A stretch of 64,000 bases of DNA from Heptranchias perlo. Taxonomy: Eukaryota. The notes below the pieces were generated by a model. That model was not told the DNA's origin. It saw only the letters and a program-made list of their open reading frames with translations, and ran no database searches. Shown piece by piece: positions 24,315 through 36,610 of this stretch. Location of the stretch: positions 5,642,001-5,706,000 of the forward strand of contig NC_090328.1 in NCBI RefSeq assembly GCF_035084215.1, given 5' to 3'. Both the position numbers and the translations under genes were made by a program. Each line of letters begins with the position of its first letter. The stretch's first letter is position 1.

Positions 24315-24732
24315 CTCCCGGGAGGATGAACCGAGCCCCCCTCCCCTCCCCCCCGCCTGCCCAAATCTGATTCACATCTTTCCCCACATCCAGCAGCCTT
24401 TTGGAGGGAGGGTGAGGAGACGGGAGTTTGCAGGGATTGAGGGAGGAGGAGGAGGAGGGCTTCACTCCGCCAAACCCCGGTTAATAGGGGCGGGCTGATC
24501 GGCAGCAATCGATAACCCGGGACCGGCCGCCGAGCAGAGTTTGCAAATAATCCGGAAATGTTCAATCGATAATCCGACAACGATCAGTCAGTGATCCATC
24601 GATCAGTTAATAATCCGGCTCTGGTCAATCGGTAATCCGGCGATGAGGAATCGATAATCTGGTTCCAATCAATCATTAATAAATCAATCCTCCAGCACCG
24701 ATCAATCGTTAATTGACCAATTAGTCAACAAC

Positions 24733-26420
24733 CTGGTCTGATCCCAGTCCCCCCCTAACGCTACTCCGGGTCTGATCCGGGTTCCCCCCTAACGCTACTC
24801 CTGGTCTGATCCGGGTTCCCCCCTAACGCTACTCCTGGTCTGATCCCAGTTCCCCCTAACGCTACTCCGGGTCTGATCCGGGTTCCCCCCTAACGCTACT
24901 CCTGGTCTGATCCCAGTCCCCCTCTAACGCTACTCCTGGTCTGATCCCAGTCCCCCCCTAACCCTACTCCGGGTCTGATCCCAGTCCCCCTCTAACGCTA
25001 CTCCTGGTCTGATCCCAGTCCCCCTCTAACGCTACTCCTGGTCTGATCCGGGTTCCCCCCTAACGCTACTCCTGGTCTGACCCCAGTCCCCCTCTAACGC
25101 TACTCCTTGTCTGATCCGGGTTCCCCCTCTAACGCTACTCCTGGTCTGATCCGGGTTACCCCTAACGCTACTCCTGGTCTGACCCCAGTCCCCCTCTAAC
25201 GCTACTCCTGGTCTGATCCGGATTACCCCTAATGCTACTCCTGGTCTGATCCGGGTTCCCCCTAACGCTACTCCTGCTCTGATCCGGGTTCCCCCTAATG
25301 CTACTCCTGCTCTGATCCGGGTTCCCCCTAACGCTACTCCTGGTCTGATCCAGGTTCCCCCTAATGCTACTCCTGGTCTGATCCGGGTTCCCACTAACGC
25401 TACTCCTGGTTCCCCCTAACCCTACTCCGGCTCTGATCCCAGTTCCCCTCTAACCCTACTCCTGGTATGATCCCAGTTCCCCTCTAACGCTACTCCAGAT
25501 CTGATCCCAGTTCCTCCTCTAACTCCACTCCAGGTCTGATCCTGGTTTCTCCTCTAACCCTACTCCGGGTCTGATCCCGGTTTCTCCTCTAACCCTACTC
25601 GGGTCTGATCCTGGTTTCTCCTCTAACCCCACTCCGGGTCTGATCCCGGTTTCTCCTCTAACCCCACTCCGCGTCTAATCCAGGTTCCTCCACTAACCCC
25701 ACTCTGGGTCCGATCCCGGTTACTCCTCTAACCCCACTCTGGGTCTAATCCAGGTTCCTCCTCTAACCCCACTCCGGGTCTAATCCAGGTTCCTCCACTA
25801 ACCCCACTCTGGGTCTGATCCTGGTTGCTCCTCTAACCCTACTCGGGTCTGATCCCGGTTTCTCCTCTAACCCTACTCCGGGTCTGATCCCAGTTCCTCC
25901 TCTAACCCCACTCCGGGTCTAATCCAGGTTCCTCCTCTAACCCTACTCCGGGTCTAATCCAGGTTACTCCTCTAACCCTACTCCGGGTCTGATCCCAGTT
26001 CCTCCTCTAACCCCACTCCGGGTCTAATCCAGGTTCCTCCTCTAACCCTACTCCGGGTCTAATCCAGGTTACTCCTCTAACCCTACTCCGGGTCTGATCC
26101 CAGTTCCTCCTCTAACCGCACTCCGGGTCTAATCCAGGTTCCTCCTCTAACCCTACTCCGGGTCTAATCCAGGTTACTCCTCTAACCCTACTCCGGGTCT
26201 GATCCCAGTTCCTCCTCTAACCGCACTCCGGGTCTAATCCAGGTTCCTCCTCTAACCCTACTCCGGGTCTAATCCAGGTTACTCCTCTAACCCTACTCCG
26301 GGTCTGATCCCAGTTCCTCCTCTAACCCCACTCTGGGTCTAATCCAGGTTCCTCCTCTAACCCCACTCCGGGTCTAATCCAGGTTCCTCCTCTAACCCTA
26401 CTCCGGGTCTGATCCCGGTT
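24733..26420. repeat. 33-35 bp minisatellite, about 48 copies, upstream of the TESK1 ATG
   Basis: Unit CTCCGGGTCTAATCCAGGTTCCTCCTCTAACCCTA in the right half and CTCCTGGTCTGATCCGGGTTCCCCCTAACGCTA in the left half. Confidence 0.97.
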
Positions 26421-26800
26421 CCCGGCTGCGGCGAACACTCAGGTCGATATTCACAATGTTGCCGCTGTCATTTCTGCCTCGAAGTTTTGCAGATGATCTG
26501 GGTCCGGGTCCGGGTTCCGAGTCGGGGTCACTCCAGGAGCCGGGAAGCACCGAGCTCTGGCTGGGTTCCGGATTGCTGCCGCTCCGGGTGTGATCGCTGC
26601 TTTGCACACATCACTGCCGGTGTTATTCCGGATTGCTCTCGCTCTCTCTGACGATGCGCTGTTGACAATCCTTATCTGGAAGCAGGGCGGACGGAGAGGC
26701 TGGAGAGGAGGCGGCGCTCCCTCTGATACCCCCGCCCCGCAAAACCCTTCATCCTCCCCCGGTCACAGAGACACTGGGCGCCGCCTGCGGGTCACAGGGA
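26421..26800 (-). promoter_or_regulatory. CpG-rich unique segment; candidate TESK1 promoter or non-coding first exon
   Basis: High CpG density, GC-box-like CCCCGCCCC at about 26730, non-repetitive, positioned 5' of the TESK1 coding exon. Confidence 0.45.
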
Positions 26801-26944
26801 CTCACTGCGAGGACTGGGTACCAAGATACACCGCTAAACAGGACAGAAACCAAACTGAGCCTTGCCCCACAGTGAGATTCAACATGAGATCAAATAAAAT
26901 ACAGATTTTAAATCAGTCTGAATAAACCCCAATGTCTCCATAGC

Positions 26945-27180
26945 GAAGAAGAGCAGGGGAGTTCTCCCCGGTGTCCTGGGGCCAATGTTTATCCCTCAAC
27001 CAACATCACTAAAAAAACAGATGATCTGGTCATTATCTCATTGCTGTCTGTGGGAGCTTGCTGTGCGCAAATTGGCTGCTGCGTTTCCTAAATTACACTT
27101 TAAAAGTACTTCATTGGCTGTGAGAAGCTTATGGCAGGTCCTGGAGTCATGAACGGTGATATATAAATGCAAGTCTTTCA
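26945..27180 (+). mobile_element. Deu-type SINE 3' half
   Basis: GAAGAAGAGCAGGGGAGTTCTCCCCGGTGTCCTGG...ATAAATGCAAGTC. Confidence 0.8.
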
Positions 27181-27199
27181 TTGTATGATGCACAACATA

Positions 27200-29205
27200 A
27201 GGATTTCATTCGGCCCATCGTACCTGTGCCAGCTCTTTGAAAGAGCTATCCAATTGGTCCCACTCCCCTTGCCCTTTCCCCGTAGTCCTGCAAATTTTTC
27301 CCCTTCAAGTATTTATCCAGTTCCCTTTTGAAAGTTATTATTGAATCTGCTTCCACTGCCCATTCAGGCAGCGCATTCCAGATCATAACAACTTGCTGCG
27401 TAAAAACATTTCCCCTCATGTCCCCTCTGGTTCTTTTGCCGATCACCTTAAATCTGTGTCCTCTGGTTACCGACCCTCCTGCCACTGGAAACAGTTTCTC
27501 CTTATTTACTCTATCAAAACCGTTCATGATTTTGAACACCTCTATCAAATCTCCCCTTAACCTTCTCTGTTGTAAGGAGAATAATCCCAGCTTCTCCAGT
27601 CTCTCCACATAACTGAAGTCCCTCATCCCTGGTACCATTCTAGTAAATCTCTTCTGCACCCTCTCTAAGGCCTTGACATCCTTCCTAAAATGTAGTGCCC
27701 AGAATTGACCACAATACTCCAGCTGAGGTCTAACCAGTGTTTTATAAAGGTTTAGCATAACTTCCTTGCTTTTGTACTCAATGCCTCTATTAATAAAGCC
27801 CAGAATCCCATATGCTTTTTTAACAGCCTTCTCAACTTGTCCTGCCACCTTCAAAGATTTGTGTACATACACCCCCAGGTCTCTTTGTTCCTGCACCCCC
27901 TTTAAAATTGTACCAGTTAGTTTATATTGCCTCTCCTCATTCTTCCTACCAAAATGTATCACTTCACACTTCTCTGCATTAAATTTCATCTGCCATGTGT
28001 CTGCCCATTTCACCAGTCTGTCCATGTCCTCCTGAAGTCTGTTACTATTCTCCACATTGTTTACTCCATTTCCAAGTTTTGTGTCATCTGCAAACTTTGA
28101 AATTATACCCTCTATACCCAAGTCCAGGTCATTAATATATATCAAAAAGAGCAATGGTCCCAACATTGCCCCCTGGGGAACACCACTGTATACTTCCCTC
28201 CCATCCGAAAAACAACCGCTTACCACCACTCTCTGCTTTCTGTCCCTTAGCTAATTTCATATCCACGCTGCCACTGTCCCTTTAATCCCATGGGCTTTAA
28301 TTTTGCTAACAAGTCTATTATGTGTTACTTTATCAAACGCCTTTTGAGAGTCCATATACACAACATCAACCACACTACCCTCATCAACCCTCTTTGTTAC
28401 CTCATCAAAGAACTCAATCAAGTTAGTCAAACACAATTTGCCTTTAACAAATCCGTGCTGACTTTCATTTATTAACCCATATTTTTCCAAGCGATAATTA
28501 ATTTTATCCCGGATTATTGTCTCTAAAAGTTTCCCCACCACCAACTTTACCCTGACTGGCTTATAATTGCTGGATTTATCCCTCTCCTCTTTTTTTGAAC
28601 AGGGGTGTAACATTTGCAATCCTCCAGTCCTCTGGCACCACTCCCCTATCGAAGGTGGATTGGAAGATTGTGGCCAGAGCCTCTGCAATTTCCACCCTCA
28701 GTAACCGACCTTGAGCGCTGCTAATCTTCTCAGTGCCTCTTTATCGATTTTTAATCTATCTAATTTCTTTACTCCCTCCTCTGTTACTGTGACACTGGCA
28801 GACCTCTCTTTAGTGAAGTATTCTTTCAGTACCTCAGCCACACCCTCTGCCTCCACAAGAAGATCTCCTTTTTGGTCGCTGTTCGACCCCACCTTTCCTT
28901 TGACTGCTTTTTTACTATTTATAAGTTTATAAATACTTTTGGGTTCCTTTTAAGTTACCTGTTAATCTATTCTCATACACTCTCTTTGCCCCTCTTACTT
29001 CCTTTCTCAGTTCTCCCCTGTCCTTTCTATATTCAGCCTGGGTCTCTACTGAATTAGGAATCCAACATTTATCATAAGCCTCCTTTTTCTGTTTCATTTT
29101 AATCTCTATATCTTTAGTCATCCAGGGAGCTCTAGCTTTGGATGCCCTTCCTTTCCCGCTCGTGGGATTGTGTCTAGTCTGTACCCGAGCTATCTCCTCC
29201 CATTG
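27200..29205 (-). mobile_element. CR1 ORF2 3' part, about 2 kb, frameshifted
   Basis: ORFs 27246-28229, 28257-28688 and 28927-29244 carry consecutive RT motifs (QHGF, GVPQG, FADD). Confidence 0.95.
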
Positions 29206-29611
29206 CTCATTTACTTTCTTCTTGAAAGTACAATATAAATTCAAGGTGTTGCAGTACTGAGGGAGTGCTGCATTGTCAGAGGTGCCGTTTTGGATGAGAC
29301 GTTAAACCAAGGCCCAGTTGCCCTCTCAGGTGGATGTTAAAGATCCCATGGCACTATTCGAGGAAGAGCAAGGAATTCCTCCCATCTCCTGGTAAACATT
29401 CCTCCCCCAACCAACACCCCAGAAAGCAGATTTACTTGCAATTCATCTCACTTGCAGTTGGTGGGACCTCACTGAGCACCATGTTTGCCTAAACAACAAG
29501 TGACCAATTCGTTGGATGGGACATGCTCTGTCCTCGAGGACATGACAAGTCACCAAATAAATACAAGTTCTTTCATTCTTCAAACTTGAAGGGAGGATAT
29601 GTCCTCACACA

Positions 29612-29985
29612 TGTCAGCTGTGGCTCAGTGGTAGCATTTTTGCCTCTGACTCACAGGGTCATGGGTTCAAATCCACACTACAGAAACTTCAGCACATAAC
29701 CTAGGCTGACACTTCAGTGTAGTACAGAGGGAGTGCTGCACTGTCGGAGGTCCTGTCTCTCCGACAAGGCATTATCCTGAGGCAGAGTCTGCCTCTCAGG
29801 TGGATGTAAAAGATCTCATGGCACTTTTCGAGGAAGAGCAGGGGAGTTCTCCCTGATGTCCTGGCTAATATTTATCGCTCAACCAACATCGCTGAAAACA
29901 GATTATCTGGTCATTTGCCTCTTTGCTCTTTGTAGGGCCTTGCAGTGCGCAAATTGGCTGCTGCGTTTTCTACATTACAACAGAG
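29612..29985 (+). mobile_element. Deu-type SINE with tRNA head (an older partial copy lies at about 29250-29580)
   Basis: A box TGGCTCAGTGG, B box GGTTCAAATCC, Deu block GAGGGAGTGCTGCACTGTC. Confidence 0.85.
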
Positions 29986-30072
29986 GCTTTACTTCAGTAT
30001 TTGGAACTGAACTCTCCTCAGCTGGTTATTCAGCATTTAGTACAGAACTCCCCCCAGATAGTTATTCAGTAT

Positions 30073-31370
30073 CGTAGAGAAATTTGGGACTTCCCAGAGA
30101 TTCATGGAACTGGACAATAGTTCAGACAAAGAAAGACACCCTCACGCGATAGTTTCGTTAATCAAAGTGATTATTTAATGATTTAAAAAGGAATACATAA
30201 ACATGGAGCAACTCAATCAAAATGTGCATTACTCTACCCGATTCCTACAAGCAGGCATAAAGCAAAAGCAAGTAGCACCTACAACCTTTATCAAACATCA
30301 AGGCAGCCATCTAGAAGTAGGTCGCTGCAGTAACCAGTGCGTCGTTGAGGGATGTGTCGAGTGATGTGTTGGGGTCCTTTGGCTTCTCATCAAGGTTTGC
30401 CTCTTTGTTGAAGTTCAGAAGTAAAGTATTTCTCAAAGTTCAGAAGCAAAGTCTTTCTGTCAAAGTTCAGAAGCAAAGTCTTCCTGTCGGGAGGAGCTCT
30501 GACCGCAGTACTTGTTCGACTGTTGCTTCCTGCAACTGTTGACCGTTAAAGCTTCTACGATGTCCTATCTGTATACAGTTTTGAGCTGACAGAGGGTGCT
30601 CCAAATTACGAGGAGGCCCAGTTTGGCCACTCACCCATCGTTGCATTAATGATGGATGGTTGTTTGGATCACTCAAGAACCATGTGAATCCACCATATCT
30701 TCTGCTCTGTGTGAACCCAGGTGCATTTAATGAGCTCTTTAGTTTTGAAAACCAGATTGTTGTTGAACATGACAAATGTCCTGAGAACTGATGTCGTTAG
30801 AACCTCCTCAAAGCTCCTCTACTGCTGTCGTCCCATCGGTTGTTTATCCTTTGCATTTACGGTGAGAACCGGAGACCGGTTCAAACTTTCTCAAAGCCCC
30901 TCGAAGCTTCTGGAAGGCGACAAAAGCTTCTGTCTTTCGTGCATATCAGTTGTTACTGAAAACCACGGTTGATTGATGTTTCTGTACTTTGCTGCTTTGG
31001 CCGTTTTAATCTAATGTCCAAATGTCCAGTTTGAACTGACTGCGCTTTGCTGTCTTTGCAGTTGTGAATTTATACTGTCCAATTGTCCAGAGGTAATGAC
31101 AAGGGGCGAGTTAACCCTTGCTTTCACATGCACTGTCCTAAAGGGACTAGTTAACCCTTTACTTTGAGTCATCCAGTAGATCTTCTGTGCACATCACTGT
31201 CCAAATGTAATGTGAAGGGACGAGTTAACACTTGCTTTCAAATGTACTGTAAATGTACTGTCCAAATGAATATCCAAATCCTTAAAGGGACTAGTTAACC
31301 GTTTACATCGAAACGGCCAGCAGTTCAAAAGAGTAAAATGGAGTCTGACGCAATGTCCAAAATCCTTACA
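30073..31370 (-). mobile_element. Solo LTR, about 1.3 kb
   Basis: Minus strand begins TGTAAGGATTTTGGAC and ends GTCCCAAATTTCTCTACG (imperfect inverted termini). 4-bp TSD GTAT at 30069-72 and 31371-74. It interrupts a short CAGTATTTAGTACTGAACTCCCC repeat. Confidence 0.75.
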
Positions 31371-32903
31371 GTATTTAGTACTGAACTCCCCTCCGATAGT
31401 TATTCAGTATTAAGTACTCAGATAGTTATTTAGTATTTGTTGAGTAAAGCTGGGATTTTGAAGGGGAGTTTGATATTTGAAACAAAACAATTTAAAATGT
31501 AAACCAAGTGTCTGCCCAGGAGGAGCCAATGAAAATACACAAACAGCTGTTCATTTATTGCACTGTTCACAATGATTGCAGCTCCATCATGTAACTTTGA
31601 TACACTGACAGTGAAACCCCCGACTCACTCTGAGACCAGCGAGTGAAAGCTGACTGACCTCCTGCAATGACCTCCCGTCACAGCCGATGATTTGGAAACA
31701 GCAGCCAGTTCCCCGAGCAAAGCACCCGTAATAATTGGTGTTTCGATCCCGTGAACCCGTCATACCCACAGTCACCTCTGCTCCTTGACCTCTCCCACTA
31801 CTTACATCATAGGTAAAGCCTGTGGCCTATAAATTGGTCCGTTTTCCGGGCGCTAACCGGCCTACTCAACCCCCAATATGGCGGGCAGGAAGCACACACA
31901 CACATTTCAGGCCTGAAGTGCCCAGCCTGCCATATTGGTGCAGGAGAAAAACAACAGGCGTCCAGGGCCCAGGCCTGAAACAGGTGTTAGGCCCTTTGCA
32001 TATGGAAATAAGGAGTCTAATGCCTGGTTCAGGCTCTCACTGCAAGATTGGTTTGCCCTGTGGCAGCCTGCACTGGCATTCAGTGAATCCGGCTTTGGGA
32101 CAGCCTGCTACCTACAAGGTAAGTTTTAGAAATTTACTTACCTGAATGTGGAGTCAGGAGGAGCAGGACTGTTCGCCCTGACCCCAATTTAACAATCGCA
32201 CGCTCCCACTCCCAACCCTCCCTCCCCACCGATCTCTGTCACTCCCGAACCCCGGCCTCCTCTCCTGACCCCCGGCCTCCTCTCCCGACCCCCGACCTCC
32301 TCTCCCGACCCCCCGACCTCCTCTCCCGACCACCGACCCCCTCTCCCGACCCCCGACCTCCTCTCCCAACCACTGACCCCCTCTCCCGACCCCCGACCTC
32401 ATTTACCTGAGGATCGCTGCGACACGAGCAACGGCCCGATCTTGGTCTCCTCATCGCTGACTGGCTGTTCGCATCTCGCAAGCTCCATTACAATGAGGCC
32501 GAGGCCCAATATTGGGGGAGCACCATTCAGGTGCAGGGAGGCCTCACCTCCTCCTCTCCCGTCCCCTCCTCCTCCTCTCCCGTTCCCACTTCCCCTCCCC
32601 ACTCCCCCGCCCCATGCCCGAAATTGCGGTGCTGTAATTGTTACCCCTGTGTGTTTATACAGACTTGTATTGAGAATGATCGTATACGGATTTCATTGGA
32701 ATGACAGTGTGATGCAGAGCCGAGCCGAATAGCTGATTAACAGGAATAATTTTGCACTCAGGACCCAGGATCACTGGGTGAATGATCGCTAAAACGAGTA
32801 CAGGTTAAATTGCTGGATGAGATTCAGTGCGGGGGGCTGGGGGGGAGAGGAACAGCTTTATATTGCAGTTTGGACATTGGGTTTCTCAGCCTCCTGGGAT
32901 GAA

Positions 32904-32919
32904 TCATTCCTGCTCCTTC
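32904..32919 (-). CDS. Candidate terminal coding exon of the Siglec-15-like gene (R-KEQE*)
   Basis: Strong acceptor CTCACTTTAATTGTTCTTGTTTTATCCACAG|G; reading phase 2 from the TM exon gives R-K-E-Q-E-stop. No homology support. Confidence 0.3.
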
Positions 32920-33214
32920 CTGTGGATAAAACAAGAACAATTAAAGTGAGCCGTGTTATCTGTAAAATAGGAGCACTTTTCAGCCCCTCCGTTTACAACC
33001 AGCAGCTGTTTAAATAGGATTCCCCGCGCATTTAAAACTAGATTTGATTGTCAGTCTCGGTGTTAAGGACATGGGTTGCAAACCTAAACATGCAAAGGCA
33101 AATCGAATTAATGGCAGATGCCATTAGATGCCCAGCTACAGCAAATTATGGCCCATTACCATGAATATAGTCTCCATGGATTCTGCATCTATGGGTAAGA
33201 AAATAAGAACATAA

Positions 33215-36200
33215 GGAGTTAGGAGATAAATTAAAAAGCAGGACTTCAAAGTGATCTCAGGATTACTACCAGTGCCACGTGCTAGTGAGTATAGGAACAG
33301 GAGAATAGACAGGATGAATGCGTGGCTGCAGGGATGGTGTAGGAGGGAGGGATTTAGATTCCTGGGACATTGGGACCGGTTCCGGGGAAGGTGGGACCTG
33401 TACAAGCGGGACGGGTTACACCCGAGCAGGACCGGGACCGATTTCCTCGTGGGGGTGTTTGCTAGTGCTGTTGGGGAAGGTTTAAACTAGAATGGCAGGG
33501 GGATGGGAACCTGAGCGGGGAGTCAGAAGGGAGTAAAGTTGAGAGCAGCAAGAGAGGGGAAGACCCAGGGGAAATTTACAATACAAATAGTACAAACAGT
33601 TGTTCATGAACAAGTGAAAGGGAAAAGCGTAGAGCAGCAGAAAGAAAGTGTACTTTAGGCACTACAGATAAAGTGAAAACTAGAAGGCGCAAGGCGATTA
33701 ACCCAGCATCAAAGCTAAAGGTCAGGCTGGGGTGTGTGGCCCAACTAAGAGTTCTATATACAAATGCACAGAGTATAAGGAATAAATTAAATGAACTACA
33801 GGTTCAAATTCAAATTGGAGGGTATGACATGATAGCTATTACTGAGACATGGCTGCAGGATGGTCAGGATTGGGAACTAAATATACCAGGTTATAAGGTC
33901 CACAGGAGAGATGGGGAAAATGGAAGAGGGGGAGGAGTAGCCTTAGTGATTAGAGATGAAATCACTTCAATGATAAAGGAGGATATAACGAGAGGTAAGC
34001 AGCCAACAGAGACCTTATGGGTTGAATTGAGAAATAGGAAAGGATCTAAGACTATAGTGGGAGTTGTGTATAGGACCCCTGGCAGCAGCTCTGAAGTGAT
34101 AGATTGTTTCAATGCAGAGATTAAACAAGCGTGTAAGAAAGGCATAGTGGTCTTAATGGGGGACTTTAACCTTCACGTAGATTGGGAAAAGCAGACTAGC
34201 AACTGTCAGAAAGGTAGTGAATTTCTTGAGTGTGTCCGGGATAGTTTTCTACAGTAGTATATCCTAGAGGCAACAAGGGGGCAAGCCATACTAGATTTAA
34301 TAATGAGTAATGAACCAGATTTAGTTAACAGCTTAACTGTGCGTGAACATCTATCCAATAGTGATCATAACATGATCGAGTTCAATGTAGTGTTTGAAAG
34401 GGAAAAAAGTGAATCAGCTGCTAAGATTCTGGACTTGGGTAAGGCCAACTTCAATGGGATGAGACAGAGACTGTCCACAGTAAACTGGGCAAATCTGTTA
34501 ATGGGTCAAACGACTGATGATCAGTGGGAAATGTTTAAAGAAACATTTAATATGATACAGAACCGGTTTATACCCCTGAGGGGCAAGAACTCGACTTGCC
34601 AAAAAAAACAACCATGGACAACTAAAGAGGTAAGGGACAGTATAAAACATAAGGAAAGGGCATACAAAAAGGCAAAAAATGGCACAGATCCTGGCGAATG
34701 GGAAAGATACAAAGATCAACAAAGGGTCACAAAACAGATAGTAAGAGCTGCAAAAAGAGAGTATGAAAAGAAACTTGCAAGGGATATCAAATCCAATACA
34801 AAGAACTTTTAGTTATATTAGGACAAAGAGGGTGGTCAGGAGCAGTGTTGGCCCCTTAAAAACTGAAAGTGGGGATATTGTCATTGACAATGGGGAAATC
34901 GCGGACATGTTGAATAATTACTTTGCATCAGTATTTACAGTAGAAAAAGAGGATAGCATGCCGGAAATCCCAAGAAAACTAATATTGAATCGGGGACAGG
35001 GACTCGATAAAGTTAATATAAGTAAAGCAACAGTAATGAAGAAAATAATAGCACTAAAGAGTGACAAATCCTCAGGGTTTTAAAGGAAGTAGGTGAGCAC
35101 ATTGCAGATGCCCTAAGTATAATCTTTCAAAGTTCTCTAGATTCAGGAACTGTCCCTCTAGATCGGAAAATTGCACATGTCACTGCGCTTTTTAAGAAAG
35201 GAGAGAGAGGGAAACCAGGGAATTATAGACCAGTTAGCCTAACATCTGTTGTGGGGAAATTACTGAAGTCTATAATTAAGGATAGGGTGATTGAACACCT
35301 CGAGAATTTTCAGTTAATCAGAGAGAGCGAGCATGGATTTGTGAAAGGTAGGTCGTGCCTGACAAACCTGATTGAATTTTTTGAAGAGGTGACTAAAGTA
35401 GTGGACAGGGGAATGTCAATGGATGTTATTTATATGGACTTCCAGAAGGCATTTGATAAGGTCCCACATAAGAGACTGTTAGCTAAGATAGAAGCCCATG
35501 GAATCGAGGGAAAAGTACGGACTTGGTTAGGAAATTGGCTGAGCGAAAGGCGACAGAGAGTAGGGATAATGGGTAGGTACTCACATTGGCAGGATGTGAC
35601 TAGTGGAGTCCCGCAGGGATCTGTCTTGGGGCCTCAATTATTCACAATATTTATTAACGACTTAGATGAAGGCATAAAAAGTCTCATATCTAAGTTTGCC
35701 GATGACACAAAGATTGGTGGCATTGTAAGCAGTGTAGATGAAAACATAAAATTACAAAGCGATATTGATAGATTAGGTGAATGGGCAAAACTGTGGCAAA
35801 TGGAATTCAATGTCGGCAAATGTGAGGTCATCAAAAAAGGATAGAACAGGGTACTTTCTAAATGGTAAAAAGTTAAAAACAGTGGATGTCCAAAGGGACT
35901 TAGGGGTTCAGGTACATAGATCATTGAAGTGTCATGAACAGGTGCAGAAAATAATCAAGAAGGCAAATGGAATGCTGGCCTTTATATCTAGAGGACTAGA
36001 GTACAAAGGGGCAGAAGTTAAGCTGCAGCTATACAAAACCTTGGTTAGACCGCACCTGGAGTACTGTGAGCAGTTCTGGGCACCGCACCTTCGGAAGGAC
36101 ATATTGGCCTTGGAGGGAGTGCAGCGTAGGTTTACTAGAATTATACCCGGACTTCGAGGGTTAAGTTATGAGGAGAGATTACACAAATTGGGGTTGTATT

Positions 36201-36610
36201 CTCTAGAGTTTAGAAGGTTAAGGGGTGATCTGATCGAAGTTTATAAGATATTAAGGGGAACAGATAGGGTGGATAGAGAGAAACTATTTCCGCTGGTTGG
36301 GGATTTTAGGAGTAGGGGGCACAGTCTAAAAATTAGAGCCAGACCTTTCAGGAGTGAGATTAGAAAACATTTCTACACACAAAGGGTGGTAGAAGTTTGG
36401 AACTCTCTTCCGCAATCGGCAATTGATACTAGCTCAATTGCTAAATTTAAATCTGAGATAGATAGCTTTTTGGCAACCAAAGGTATTAAGGGATATGGGC
36501 CAAAGGCAGGTATATGGAGTTAGATCACAGATCAGCCATGATCTTATCAAATGGCGGAGCAAGCTCGAGGGGCTGAATGGCATACTCCTGTTCCTATGTT
36601 CCTATATTCC
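33215..36610 (+). mobile_element. 5'-truncated CR1 (ORF1 3' end + disrupted ORF2)
   Basis: Esterase-domain end (SGLLPVP...DGLHP), then APE/RT fragments with stops and frameshifts; tail TTCCTATGTTCCTATATTCC. Confidence 0.96.

Noticed and set aside
15163-24329. Long repetitive ORFs (375 aa at 15163, 360/333 aa at about 18950, 329-370 aa at about 23100)
   Set aside because: Translations of minisatellites open in several frames and on both strands; no splice or homology support.
24733-26420. Interstitial telomere
   Set aside because: Only a CTAACCCTA motif inside a 35-bp unit; no (TTAGGG)n run.
29612-29690. tRNA-like sequence with A and B boxes (also at about 5130-5195, 55130-55200 and 57890-57958)
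   Set aside because: These are SINE heads continuing into the Deu-type body, not stand-alone tRNA genes.
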